NCBI GenBank assembly: GCA_963785165.1
Contig: CAWAUI010000007.1
Span: forward strand, 1,032,732 to 1,096,731
Source: Thermoanaerobaculaceae bacterium
GTDB taxonomy: Bacteria; Acidobacteriota; Thermoanaerobaculia; Multivoradales; UBA5704
Reading direction: 5' to 3'
Length of the DNA: 64,000 bases
Position 1 is the first letter of the stretch, and each line of letters starts with the position of its first letter. Below the pieces are notes generated by a model. That model was given only the letters and a program-made list of their open reading frames with translations. It was not told the origin of the DNA and did not search any database. Positions 8,966-18,017 of the stretch are shown one piece after another. The position numbers and the translations under genes are program-made.

Positions 8966-10741
8966 ATGGCACTAGTCGACGAACGGGCCCATGGTCATCA
9001 CGAGGCCCACCACCACGAAGAGCAGAGTTTCTGGACCAAGTACGTTTTTTCCCAGGATCACAAGGTCATCGGGATCCAGTACGGGTTCACGGCGCTCGTG
9101 TTCCTCCTCTTCGGCTTCACGCTGATGATGATGATGCGCTGGTCGATGGCGTATCCGAACCAGCCCATCCCCCTGGTCGGCGGCCTTCTGAAGGCGAGCG
9201 GGGGGATCATCGCGCCGGAGCTCTACAACCAGCTCGGGGCCATGCACGGCACGATCATGGTGTTCCTCGGGATCGTGCCGCTGGCCGTGGGCGCGTTCGG
9301 CAACTACCTGGTGCCGCTCCAGATCGGCGCGCCGGACATGGCGTTCCCGAAGCTGAACATGGCGAGCTACTGGTGCTACTTCGTGGGCGGCGTGCTGATG
9401 CTGGCGAGCTTCTTCGCTCCCGGCGGCGCGGCACAGTCGGGTTGGACCTCCTACCCGCCGCTGTCGAACATCGCCACCTCGGGCCAGACGATCTGGCTGT
9501 TCGGCATGCTGGCGCTGATCATCTCGTCGGTGCTGGGCTCGACGAACTTCATCGTCACCATCGTCCAGCTCCGGGCCCCGGGCCTGACGTGGATGCGGCT
9601 CCCCTTCTTCGTATGGGCGCAGTTCGTGACGTCGTTCCTGCTGCTGCTGGCCTTCCCGGCGCTCCAGGCGGCGGCGGTGCTGCAGATGATGGACCGGCTG
9701 GCGGGGACGAGCTTCTTCATGCCGAGCGGCCTGGTGATCTCGGGCCAGCAGCTCGCGGTGTCGGGCGGCGGCAGCCCGCTCCTCTGGCAGCACCTGTTCT
9801 GGTTCCTGGCCCACCCGGAGGTCTACGTGCTGATCCTGCCGGCCTTCGGGATCATCGGCGAGGTGATCGCCAACAACACGAGGAAGCCCCTGTGGGGCTA
9901 CCGCTCGATGGTGTACGCGATCTCGTTCCTGGGCTTCATGTCGTTCATCGTGTGGGCGCACCACATGTTCATGACCGGCATGGGCACGGTGATGAGCACG
10001 TTCTTCCAGACCACGACGATGATCATCTCGGTGCCGTCGGTCATCGTTTTGACGGCCATGATCATCTCGCTGTGGGGGGCCTCGATCCGCTACACGGTGC
10101 CGATGCTGTTCGCCATGGCCTTTCTCCCGATGTTCGCCATCGGCGGCCTGACGGGCCTGCCGCTGGGCCTGGCGCCCACGGACATCCACCTGCATGACAC
10201 GTACTACGTGATCGGCCACTTCCACTACGTGGTGGCGCCGGGGACGATCTTCGCGATGTTCGCCGGCATCTACTACTGGTTCCCCAAGCTGACGGGCCGC
10301 AAGATGAGCACGCTCTTGGGGCATCTGCACTTCTGGCCGTCGTTCCTGTTCATCAACGGCGTGTTCGGGCCGATGTTCATCCAGGGCTTGGCGGGCGTCT
10401 CGCGCCGGCTGTACGACGGCGGCGCCGCGTACTCGCACGCCCAGCCGGTGCTGCACTGGAACGCCTTCATGTCGGTGTCGGCCTGGCTGCTCGGCCTGGC
10501 GCAGATCCCGTTCATCCTCAACCTCTTCTGGAGCATCTGGAAGGGGAAGAAGGTGGGCGCCAACCCATGGGACGCCACGACGCTCGAGTGGGCCGCCGCG
10601 CCGTCGCCGCCGGTCGCCCATGGCAACTTCGTGGAGATCCCGACGGTGGTCCGCGGACCGTACGACTACAGCCTGCCGGGGGCCCCCTCGGACTTCGTCC
10701 CGCAGCACCAACCACTCCCGCAGTTGCCGCAGGAGGCTTGA
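8966..10741 (+). CDS. ctaD: Cytochrome c oxidase (heme-copper oxidase) subunit I
   Basis: Canonical 12-TM sequence: WTKYVFSQDHKVIGIQY..., HHMFMTGMG, WAHHMF, GHFHYVV, with the His ligands for heme a/a3 and CuB. Confidence 0.95.
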   Translation: MALVDERAHGHHEAHHHEEQSFWTKYVFSQDHKVIGIQYGFTALVFLLFGFTLMMMMRWSMAYPNQPIPLVGGLLKASGGIIAPELYNQLGAMHGTIMVFLGIVPLAVGAFGNYLVPLQIGAPDMAFPKLNMASYWCYFVGGVLMLASFFAPGGAAQSGWTSYPPLSNIATSGQTIWLFGMLALIISSVLGSTNFIVTIVQLRAPGLTWMRLPFFVWAQFVTSFLLLLAFPALQAAAVLQMMDRLAGTSFFMPSGLVISGQQLAVSGGGSPLLWQHLFWFLAHPEVYVLILPAFGIIGEVIANNTRKPLWGYRSMVYAISFLGFMSFIVWAHHMFMTGMGTVMSTFFQTTTMIISVPSVIVLTAMIISLWGASIRYTVPMLFAMAFLPMFAIGGLTGLPLGLAPTDIHLHDTYYVIGHFHYVVAPGTIFAMFAGIYYWFPKLTGRKMSTLLGHLHFWPSFLFINGVFGPMFIQGLAGVSRRLYDGGAAYSHAQPVLHWNAFMSVSAWLLGLAQIPFILNLFWSIWKGKKVGANPWDATTLEWAAAPSPPVAHGNFVEIPTVVRGPYDYSLPGAPSDFVPQHQPLPQLPQEA

Positions 10742-10745
10742 GGCC

Positions 10746-11345
10746 ATGATGGACATTCCGTATACCACCAAGCTCCGGCCCGATACCGGCCTGTACAACG
10801 CCAAGCTGGGGATCTGGCTGTTCCTGGCGTCCGAGGTGATGCTGTTCGGCGCCCTGTTCTCCTCGTACGTGCTGCTGCGCACGGGGGCCCCTCCGGGCAC
10901 CTGGCACCATGGCCGGGAGTACCTGAGCGTGCCGCTCGCGACCCTCAACACGATCGTGCTCATCGGCTCCTCGGTGACCATGGTGATGGCGTGGGCGTCG
11001 CTCAAGCTCAACGACTTCAAGAAGTACAAGATGTACATGGCCATGACGTTCCTGGCCGGCGTGGGCTTCCTGATCATCAAGGGGATCGAGTACAACGCCA
11101 AGTTCCACCACGGCTACTTCCCGAGCAAGAACACGTTCCTCGCCATCTACTTCACGCTGACGGGCCTGCACGGCCTGCACGTGATCGGCGGGATGATCGT
11201 CAACGGCTACTTCTGGGGCCCCGGCTCGAAGATGTGGAAGACCCAGCCCGACCGGTTCGCGAACCGGATCGAGGTGGCGGGCCTCTACTGGCACTTCGTG
11301 GACCTGGTGTGGATCTTCCTGTTCCCGGTCCTGTACCTGCTCTAG
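10746..11345 (+). CDS. ctaE: Cytochrome c oxidase subunit III
   Basis: MMDIPYTTKL...GLYWHFVDLVWIFLFPVLYLL. It starts 4 nt after the coxI stop. Confidence 0.9.
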   Translation: MMDIPYTTKLRPDTGLYNAKLGIWLFLASEVMLFGALFSSYVLLRTGAPPGTWHHGREYLSVPLATLNTIVLIGSSVTMVMAWASLKLNDFKKYKMYMAMTFLAGVGFLIIKGIEYNAKFHHGYFPSKNTFLAIYFTLTGLHGLHVIGGMIVNGYFWGPGSKMWKTQPDRFANRIEVAGLYWHFVDLVWIFLFPVLYLL

Positions 11346-11363
11346 GCGAGGAGAGAGACGACG

Positions 11364-11669
11364 ATGAGCGCAACCGACGCTGATTCGATCCGGAAACAGA
11401 CCCGGGCCTACGTCGGGGTCTTCCTGGCCCTGATGGTTCTGACCGTGCTGACGGTGGCCGTCAGCTACTTCCACATGCCCGTCGTCTGGGCCGTGGTCGT
11501 GGCCCTGATCATCGCCAGCTTCAAGGGTTCGCTGGTGGCGGCGGTGTTCATGCACCTCAACCACGAGCGCAAGGCGATCTACTGGCTGCTGCTGCTGACG
11601 GTGCTCTTCTTCATCATGCTGATGGCGATCCCGTCGCTGTGGCATTGGGACGGGCGGTACGTGCGGTGA
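11364..11669 (+). CDS. Cytochrome c oxidase subunit IV (prokaryotic caa3/aa3-type small subunit)
   Basis: About 100 aa with 3 TM; AYVGVFLALMVLTVLTVAVSYF...; its position after coxIII fits this role. Confidence 0.65.
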   Translation: MSATDADSIRKQTRAYVGVFLALMVLTVLTVAVSYFHMPVVWAVVVALIIASFKGSLVAAVFMHLNHERKAIYWLLLLTVLFFIMLMAIPSLWHWDGRYVR

Positions 11670-11884
11670 GCCTGTCGCTACGGTCGTTCCACCTGTTTTT
11701 CATCGCCGTCTCGGTGCTCCTGGCGGCGTGGGTGGGCGTCTGGGGGGTGCAGAGTTACCTTGCCACGCACAGCGTGAGCGACCTCGCGCTGGGAGTGGTG
11801 TTCTTCTTGCTCGGATTCGTCCTGTTGATCTACGGCCGGAACGTGCGGAGCAAGCTGCGCGCGCTGGCGCCGGACGAGGAGTGA
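11666..11884 (+). CDS. Hypothetical 2-TM small membrane protein in the cox operon
   Basis: The GTG start overlaps the coxIV stop (GTGA). SFHLFFIAVSVLLAAWVGVWGV...VVFFLLGFVLLIYG. Confidence 0.35.
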   Translation: MSLSLRSFHLFFIAVSVLLAAWVGVWGVQSYLATHSVSDLALGVVFFLLGFVLLIYGRNVRSKLRALAPDEE

Positions 11885-11889
11885 CACCG

Positions 11890-12171
11890 ATGAAGACGAC
11901 GAAGACGCTCAAGACGCTCAGCATGGCCCTGGCGGCGGCTTGGCTCGCGCTGCCGCCGGCCGCCCAGGCCTGCGCCACCTGCTACGGCGCGGCCGACTCG
12001 CCCATGACGAAGGGCATGAACAACGCCATCCTCACGCTGATCGCCCTGGTGGGCCTGGTCTACGTGGGGATCGGCAAGGTGATCCTCGATTTCCGGCGTC
12101 GTTCCAGGAAGCTATCGGACAAGGCTTCGGTGCGGCAGCGACTGCGCCTCATCCACGGAGAGAAACAGTGA
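11890..12171 (+). CDS. Small exported/membrane-anchored protein with a CxxC motif just after the predicted signal-peptide cleavage site (AQA/CATCYG)
   Basis: MKTTKTLKTLSMALAAAWLALPPAAQACATCYG..., followed by a TM segment ILTLIALVGLVYVGIG. Its stop overlaps the coxII start. Confidence 0.4.
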   Translation: MKTTKTLKTLSMALAAAWLALPPAAQACATCYGAADSPMTKGMNNAILTLIALVGLVYVGIGKVILDFRRRSRKLSDKASVRQRLRLIHGEKQ

Positions 12172-13130
12172 TGGACAGGACTTACGGATTTCCTCTGAAT
12201 TTCCCTCCGGATGGATCGGAGCATGGCCTGGAGCTCGACAAGCTGACGGGTGTGATCCACTGGTTCATGCTCATCCTGTTCGTCGGGTGGGGGCTGTTTT
12301 TCCTCTACTGCCTGTACCGTTTCCGCCGCAAGGCCAACCCGGTGGCGAGCTACGGCGGCGCCAAGGGTCACTTCTCGACCTACGGCGAGGCGGGCGTGGT
12401 GCTGGTGGAGGTCATCCTGCTGGTCGCGTTCGCGGTGCCGATCTGGGCGCGGCGGGTCAACGTCGTCCCCGACAAGTCGCAAGCCGTGCAGGTGCGGGTG
12501 GTCGCGGAGCAGTTCGCGTGGAACGTCCACTACCCGGGTCCGGACGGCCTCTTCGGCCGCACCGATTCGAAGCTCGTCACCTCGGGCACCAACCCGCTGG
12601 GGCGCGACCTCGACGATCCGGCCGGCAAAGACGACATCACGACCATCAACCAGCTCCACCTCCCCGTGGGCAAGCCGGCGCTGATCTACCTGACCAGCAA
12701 GGACGTGATCCACAGCTTCTTCCTGCCCACCATGCGGGTGAAGCAGGACGCCATCCCCGGCCAGGTGATCCCGGTCTACTTCACGCCCACGATGGTCAAC
12801 CCGCCGGAGGCGGCACTGCCCGGGTGCGCCGTCAAGAAGACCTGCTGGGAGATCGCCTGCGCGCAGCTCTGCGGCCTCACCCACTACCGCATGCAGGGGT
12901 ACCTGACGATCCACACCCAGGAGAACTTCGACGCCTGGCTGGCGAAGAACGCCCCCGCGCCGCCTCCGGCTCCCGTCGCGGAACCGGCTGCGGAACCGGC
13001 TGCCGCGGCTCCGGCCGCTCCGGCGGTCTACAGCGGCCTCACCCCAGCCCTCTCCCGAGAAGGAGAGGGAGCGGCGGACAAACACGGCTCCCGCAAACCC
13101 CCTCTCCTTTCAGGAGAGGGGTTGGAGTGA
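12171..13130 (+). CDS. ctaC: Cytochrome c oxidase subunit II with a CuA site and no c-type heme domain
   Basis: Two N-terminal TM helices. The CuA ligands are H (VIHSFFLP) and CWEIACAQLCGLTHYRM. The Pro/Ala-rich C-terminal tail has no CxxCH. Confidence 0.85.
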   Translation: MDRTYGFPLNFPPDGSEHGLELDKLTGVIHWFMLILFVGWGLFFLYCLYRFRRKANPVASYGGAKGHFSTYGEAGVVLVEVILLVAFAVPIWARRVNVVPDKSQAVQVRVVAEQFAWNVHYPGPDGLFGRTDSKLVTSGTNPLGRDLDDPAGKDDITTINQLHLPVGKPALIYLTSKDVIHSFFLPTMRVKQDAIPGQVIPVYFTPTMVNPPEAALPGCAVKKTCWEIACAQLCGLTHYRMQGYLTIHTQENFDAWLAKNAPAPPPAPVAEPAAEPAAAAPAAPAVYSGLTPALSREGEGAADKHGSRKPPLLSGEGLE

Positions 13131-13227
13131 GTTGGAGTGAGGCCCGCGCGTGCATCCCCCGACCGTTCGCGCTAGACTCTGCGCGGCGCTCCCCGTCCCG
13201 ACAAGGCGTCTTTCTCGTGAGTCATCA

Positions 13228-14139
13228 ATGAGCACCATGCCATCCACAGAATCGGTCGAGGGTACCTCTTTGCCTGTCTCCGTTCGCCTGGCCGATTTCT
13301 GGGAGATGACCAAGCCGGGGATCACCCTCATGGTGGTGCTCACGGCCGGTCTGGGCTTCCTGCTGGCCGAGCAGGGGAGCTTCCACTTCCTGCTCCTCGT
13401 CTACACGCTCCTCGGTACAGGCCTCATTTCGGCCGGCGGGTCGGTGCTCAACCACGTCCTCGAGCGCGACACCGACGCCCTCATGACCCGCACCGCGAAC
13501 CGGCCTCTGCCCACCGGGCGGATGAACCCGGACGTGGCGCTGTCGTTCGGCGTCGTGCTGGCCGTCCTGGGCCTGCTCGACCTCGCCCTGGGGGTGAACC
13601 TGCTCACGGCCCTGCTCGGTGCCGTGGCCCTTGCCGGCTACGTCTTCGTCTACACGCCGCTCAAGCGGATCAGCTCGCTCGCCACCGTCATCGGCGCCGT
13701 GCCGGGGGCCATTCCGCCCATGATGGGGTGGAGCGCCGTGCGCAACGAGCTCGACCCCGCGGCCTGGGTGCTCTTCGGCATCCTGTTCTTCTGGCAGCTC
13801 CCGCACTTCCTGGCCATCGCCTGGCTCTGCCGGGAGGACTATGCCCGCGGCGGCTTCCCCATGCTGCCGGTGCTCGATCCGGAAGGAACCCGCACGGGCC
13901 GCCAGGCCATTCTCTACGGCGCGGCCCTGGTGCCGGTGTCGCTCCTGCCGTCGCTCCTCGGGCTCATGGGCACCATCTACTTCGTGGGTGCCCTGGCGTT
14001 CGGCCTCGCCTACCTCGGCTTCTCCTTCGCCTTTGCCCAGGCCCGCTCGAATCCCGGAGCACGCCGGCTCATGCTGGCCTCGCTCCTCTACTTTCCGGCC
14101 TTGCTGCTCATCATGCTGCTGGACCGCGTGGCCTCCTGA
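13228..14139 (+). CDS. ctaB: Protoheme IX farnesyltransferase (heme O synthase)
   Basis: UbiA-family motifs: NHVLERDTDALMTRTANRPLP, YVFVYTPLKR; about 9 TM. Confidence 0.85.
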   Translation: MSTMPSTESVEGTSLPVSVRLADFWEMTKPGITLMVVLTAGLGFLLAEQGSFHFLLLVYTLLGTGLISAGGSVLNHVLERDTDALMTRTANRPLPTGRMNPDVALSFGVVLAVLGLLDLALGVNLLTALLGAVALAGYVFVYTPLKRISSLATVIGAVPGAIPPMMGWSAVRNELDPAAWVLFGILFFWQLPHFLAIAWLCREDYARGGFPMLPVLDPEGTRTGRQAILYGAALVPVSLLPSLLGLMGTIYFVGALAFGLAYLGFSFAFAQARSNPGARRLMLASLLYFPALLLIMLLDRVAS

Positions 14140-14147
14140 TTTCCTCC

Positions 14148-15144
14148 ATGACATCCCCTGGGGGATCACCGCCTCCCGCCGTCCAGGCGCAGGGTCTTCA
14201 TTATTCCTACAAGGGAAAACCCTATAAAGGCAAGCGCAAGGGCGGACCGTCCCGGCCGGCGCTCGCGGGGATCGATTTCTCGGTCTCGGCAGGCGAGATC
14301 TTCGGCTTCCTCGGACCCAACGGCGGCGGCAAGACCACCCTCTTCCGCATCCTCGCCACGCTCGCCCGGCCCGACGCGGGCACCGTCAGCATTCTCGGCG
14401 CCGACCTGGGAACCCAGGCCGTCGAGGTGCGCCGCCGGCTCGGCGTCGTCTTCCAGAACCCGAGCCTCGACCTCCAGCTCACCGTGCGCGAGAACCTCGT
14501 CCACCAGGGCCAGCTCTACGGCCTATCCGGCATGGAGCTCGCGGCCCGGACCGCCGCCGCCCTCAACCGCTTCGGCCTCGGCGACCGCGCGGGGCAGAAG
14601 ACCCTGGAGCTTTCGGGGGGATTGAGACGGCGGGTCGAGATCGCCAAGGCCCTCCTGCACGCCCCTCGCCTGCTGCTTCTGGACGAGCCGAGCACCGGCC
14701 TCGATCCGGGAGCCCGGCGGGATCTCTGGGAGACTCTGGAAAGCCTGCGCATCGAGGGAGTGACGGTGCTCCTCACCACCCACTTCATGGAAGAGGGGGA
14801 CCGCTGCGGCCGGCTCGTGCTCCTCGACCGCGGCGCCATCGTGGCCGAGGGCTCGCCCGCGGCCTTGAAGGAAGAGATCGGCGGCGACGTGATTACGGTC
14901 ACCGGTCCGGAGCCGGAAGCCCTGGCGCGCGACCTCGCCGCCCGCTTCCCGGACCTCGGCCCCACGTTGAGCGACGGCACCGTCCGCATCCTCCGCGAGC
15001 GCGGCCACGAGCTGGTGCGCCCGCCTGGCCGAGGCCCTGCCGGGGCGGATCGACTCCGTCACCGTGGCCCGGCCCAGCCTGGAAGACGTCTTCCTGCGCC
15101 GCACCGGCCACCATCTCTTCAGCGAAGAAGAGGCCGCCGCTTGA
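14148..15144 (+). CDS. ABC transporter ATP-binding protein (ABC-2/NosF-like), frameshifted near 15018
   Basis: Walker A GPNGGGKTT, signature LSGGLRRRVEIAKAL, Walker B LLLLDEPSTGLD. The C-terminus ...ELVARLAEALPGRIDSVTVARPSLEDVFLRRTGHHLFSEEEAAA is only recovered in the +1 frame. Confidence 0.8.
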
Positions 15145-15146
15145 CG

Positions 15147-15923
15147 ATGAAGATAATGCTCGCCGTCTACACCCTCTGGCGCCGCGAGCTGACGCGTTTC
15201 TTCCGCCAGCCCAGCCGCATCGCCGGCGCCGTGGCCACGCCGCTCATCTTCTGGCTCCTTCTCGGCAGCGGCCTCTCCGGCTCCTTCCGGCTCCCCGGCG
15301 GGCCGGAGAGCGTGGACTACCTGGAGTATTTCTTCCCCGGAACCATCGTCCTCGTGCTGCTTTTCGCCGCGATCTTCTCCAACATCTCCGTCATCGAAGA
15401 CCGCCACGAAGGCTTCCTCCAGGGCGTGCTGGTGGCGCCGGTGGGGCGCGCCACCCTGGTGGCCGGCAAGGTGCTGGGCGGCTCCACCCTCGCCTGGCTC
15501 CAGGCGATCGTCTTCCTGGCCCTGGCCCCCGCGGCGGGCATCCACCTGACGTTCTGGAACCTCCTGGCGGCGGCGGGCGTGCTGGCCGTGCTGGCCGTGG
15601 CCCTGTCGGCCCTGGGCTTCGCCTTCGCCTGGAAGCTCGACTCCGTCCAGGGTTTCCACGCCATCATGAACATCGTGCTCATGCCGATGTGGATGCTCTC
15701 CGGCGCCTTCTTCCCCGCCAGCGGCGCCCCCGGCTGGCTCGCGGCGCTCATGCGGTTCAATCCCCTCACCTACGGGATCGCGGCGCTGCGCCACGCCTTC
15801 TACGGCGCCGCTCTCGAGGAGGGGATGCCGGGGGTGGCGCTGTCTCTGGCCGTCACCCTCGCCGTGGGCCTCGCCTCCTTCGCGTCCTGCCTGCTCGCCA
15901 CCCGGGGCGCGAGGGTCGAGTGA
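15147..15923 (+). CDS. ABC-2 family transporter permease
   Basis: Six-TM ABC-2 architecture (FRQPSRIAGAVATPLIFWLLLG...). It starts 3 nt after the ATPase stop. Confidence 0.75.
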   Translation: MKIMLAVYTLWRRELTRFFRQPSRIAGAVATPLIFWLLLGSGLSGSFRLPGGPESVDYLEYFFPGTIVLVLLFAAIFSNISVIEDRHEGFLQGVLVAPVGRATLVAGKVLGGSTLAWLQAIVFLALAPAAGIHLTFWNLLAAAGVLAVLAVALSALGFAFAWKLDSVQGFHAIMNIVLMPMWMLSGAFFPASGAPGWLAALMRFNPLTYGIAALRHAFYGAALEEGMPGVALSLAVTLAVGLASFASCLLATRGARVE

Positions 15924-16519
15924 ACGTCCGCCGGGGCCTCCTCTGGGGGATCCTGATCGCGGTGCTCCTCCTGGTGGCCGCCGCGGCCCTGGTCCAGCGC
16001 CTCCACCGTCCCGATCCCCCGCCCATCCTCGGCCAGGTGCCGGACTTCACCCTCACCAACCGCGACGGCCGCACCGTCCACCGCGCCGACTTGGCCGGCG
16101 CCCCCTGGATCGCCGACTTCATCTTCACCCGCTGCCCCGCCTCCTGCCCCATCATGACCACCCGCATGGCCCGCCTGAACCGCGAGCTGCCGCCGGACCT
16201 CGGCCTCCGTTTCGTCTCCTTCACCGTCGATCCGGACCACGACACCCCCCAGGTTCTGCAGAAATACGCCGCCTCCTTCCAGGCTCCCGAGCGCTGGCTC
16301 TTCCTCACGGGCGGCAAGGACACGCTCTACCGGCTCTCCCAGGAAGGCTTCAAGCTGGGAGTCGCCCTCAATACCGAGCCGGGCACCGTCGAGCCGATCC
16401 TCCACAGCACGCGGTTCGTGCTGGTGGATGGGGAGGGACGGATTCGGGGGTATTACGATGGGTTTGATGAGGAGTCGGTGGGGCGGTTGGAGGGTGATCT
16501 CAGGGCTTTGGTGGAGTAG
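15920..16519 (+). CDS. SCO1/SenC family copper chaperone (thioredoxin fold)
   Basis: N-terminal TM anchor and the CxxxC motif FIFTRCPASCP; conserved His in LHSTRFVLVD. The GTG start overlaps the permease stop. Confidence 0.8.
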   Translation: MNVRRGLLWGILIAVLLLVAAAALVQRLHRPDPPPILGQVPDFTLTNRDGRTVHRADLAGAPWIADFIFTRCPASCPIMTTRMARLNRELPPDLGLRFVSFTVDPDHDTPQVLQKYAASFQAPERWLFLTGGKDTLYRLSQEGFKLGVALNTEPGTVEPILHSTRFVLVDGEGRIRGYYDGFDEESVGRLEGDLRALVE

Positions 16520-17951
16520 AGCCGGCCGCGGCTTTTCTTCTCGCCTTCTCTGCCTTCAGCTCCTCGATGGCCGCACGGATTTCATCCTCATAAGGTATTG
16601 GTTCTACTTTCGAGGGATCGAAGGGCGGCAACTCTGGCTCAGGTATGCCAAGCCGTGCGAGGATCCTTTTGGAGTTCTCCAAATCCCACCAGAAGATGTG
16701 CGGCGGGCCGTCTGCCCAAGCTTTCTTGTAGGCGAGCATGGCGTGTTCCTTCGCTTTATTACAGTCGTCGAGCTGTAGATAAACCTCAGCGGCTTCCCAG
16801 TTACCCTCTAAGCCAGCCTCTTCTACCAAACTTTGAGCCTCATAGAGGCGGCCCTGCATTGCCAAGATTCGTGCAATAAAGACTTTGCCGTAAGCGTCTG
16901 GGACTCCAGTTTTCCTGAGAATCTCTATCTCGCGGTCGGCGGCTTCAACGGCTTCGTGGAGTATTCCTTTGCGTAAGGCTATCTCAGCTTGAAGGTGGAG
17001 AATGGTACTCTGGCCCGAAAGGTTTTTCCCTCGGATGGTCATCTTTAGGGCCTCTTCCAGTTCTGTAGCTTGTAGCTTATTCCGCCGAAACTTCAACCAG
17101 CAGAGAATGGCTTCGACACTGCCGATGCGGTATTGATGGCGTTCAGGGGTTGGGCGTGCAGAGAAAGCGGTGCAAGCAGTCTGCGCGTCTTTATCGCGGC
17201 CCTCGTCGAAATATAATTTTGCAAGCTTATACAAAATCCCTGTGGCAACATTCTTTGCTCCTGCTGCTAGGGCAAGGTTATAAGCCAGCTCAGAGCCATT
17301 TATGGCGGTTGCCAATTTACCTGAGATGGAGGCTCCAGTTGCATAATTTACTATATTGACCGATAGGTCTCTCCAGTTTTCCGATTCGAGGTTGAGCCTG
17401 ATGGCCAGCTGCAGTCTTGCTTGTGACTCTTTGTGGCGGCCGAGTTCCTTGAGTGCTACCCCCAGGCTATTAATTATGAGGCCCTGGTCTTTAACGGAAC
17501 TTAAGGCCGGCGGGCTCTCTGAGCCGTTGGTAAACATTGGGGTAAGCAGTTCAACTACTGTAGGATAAGATCCTATAGAGAAAAGTAATGAATCGTTGAG
17601 GCCGCCAAGGTAAAGGCTGGCTGCTTGAGCAAGCCTTCCGGCCCCCATAAGAGCTCGAAAAATTTGAAGAGTGTTCCTGACGTGAGAGACATCAGTGGCA
17701 TCATTAAAATCTTCTGGCGGCAGTGCCTCAAAATGATCGCGGATCCGATCATAAGTTTGTATCCTATCATCTTTTTCGATCTGATCAAAGGCGTATCCAC
17801 GTACCACGGGATGCAAGTCGTAGGTATTGCTGTGACGGTTCCACTGCAAGAGTCCCCGGCTCTCTAGCTCACTCAAGGCTGTGTCGAAATCCGCAATCGT
17901 TGCTTTGTATTTTAATGATCCCAAGTACGTATCTGATGCGTTCTCGGGCAT
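16500..17951 (-). CDS. STAND NTPase, C-terminal module: winged-helix remnant plus a TPR-repeat sensor. It is in frame with 18018..19448 across a single TGA at 18018-18020.
   Basis: It begins ...ALSELESRGLLQWNRH (NB-ARC WH-like), followed by multiple TPR-like repeats. The 22 codons between the TGA and the first Met are sense. The 3' end overlaps the sco1 3' end by 20 bp. Confidence 0.65.
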   Translation of the reverse strand: MPENASDTYLGSLKYKATIADFDTALSELESRGLLQWNRHSNTYDLHPVVRGYAFDQIEKDDRIQTYDRIRDHFEALPPEDFNDATDVSHVRNTLQIFRALMGAGRLAQAASLYLGGLNDSLLFSIGSYPTVVELLTPMFTNGSESPPALSSVKDQGLIINSLGVALKELGRHKESQARLQLAIRLNLESENWRDLSVNIVNYATGASISGKLATAINGSELAYNLALAAGAKNVATGILYKLAKLYFDEGRDKDAQTACTAFSARPTPERHQYRIGSVEAILCWLKFRRNKLQATELEEALKMTIRGKNLSGQSTILHLQAEIALRKGILHEAVEAADREIEILRKTGVPDAYGKVFIARILAMQGRLYEAQSLVEEAGLEGNWEAAEVYLQLDDCNKAKEHAMLAYKKAWADGPPHIFWWDLENSKRILARLGIPEPELPPFDPSKVEPIPYEDEIRAAIEELKAEKARRKAAAGSTPPKP

Positions 17952-18017
17952 AGAGGGGAGGTATGGATTGAGAATCGCTAGAGTGGCGTAGTCCGCCGCA
18001 TCGCTCAGAACGGCAAC

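Noticed and set aside
8671-11101. 8671..10197 (+) 508 aa and 8972..11101 (-) 709 aa ORFs overlapping ctaD/ctaE
   Set aside because: They are antisense or out-of-frame shadows of the highly conserved oxidase genes. They have Arg/Pro/Gly-rich low-complexity translations and no RBS.
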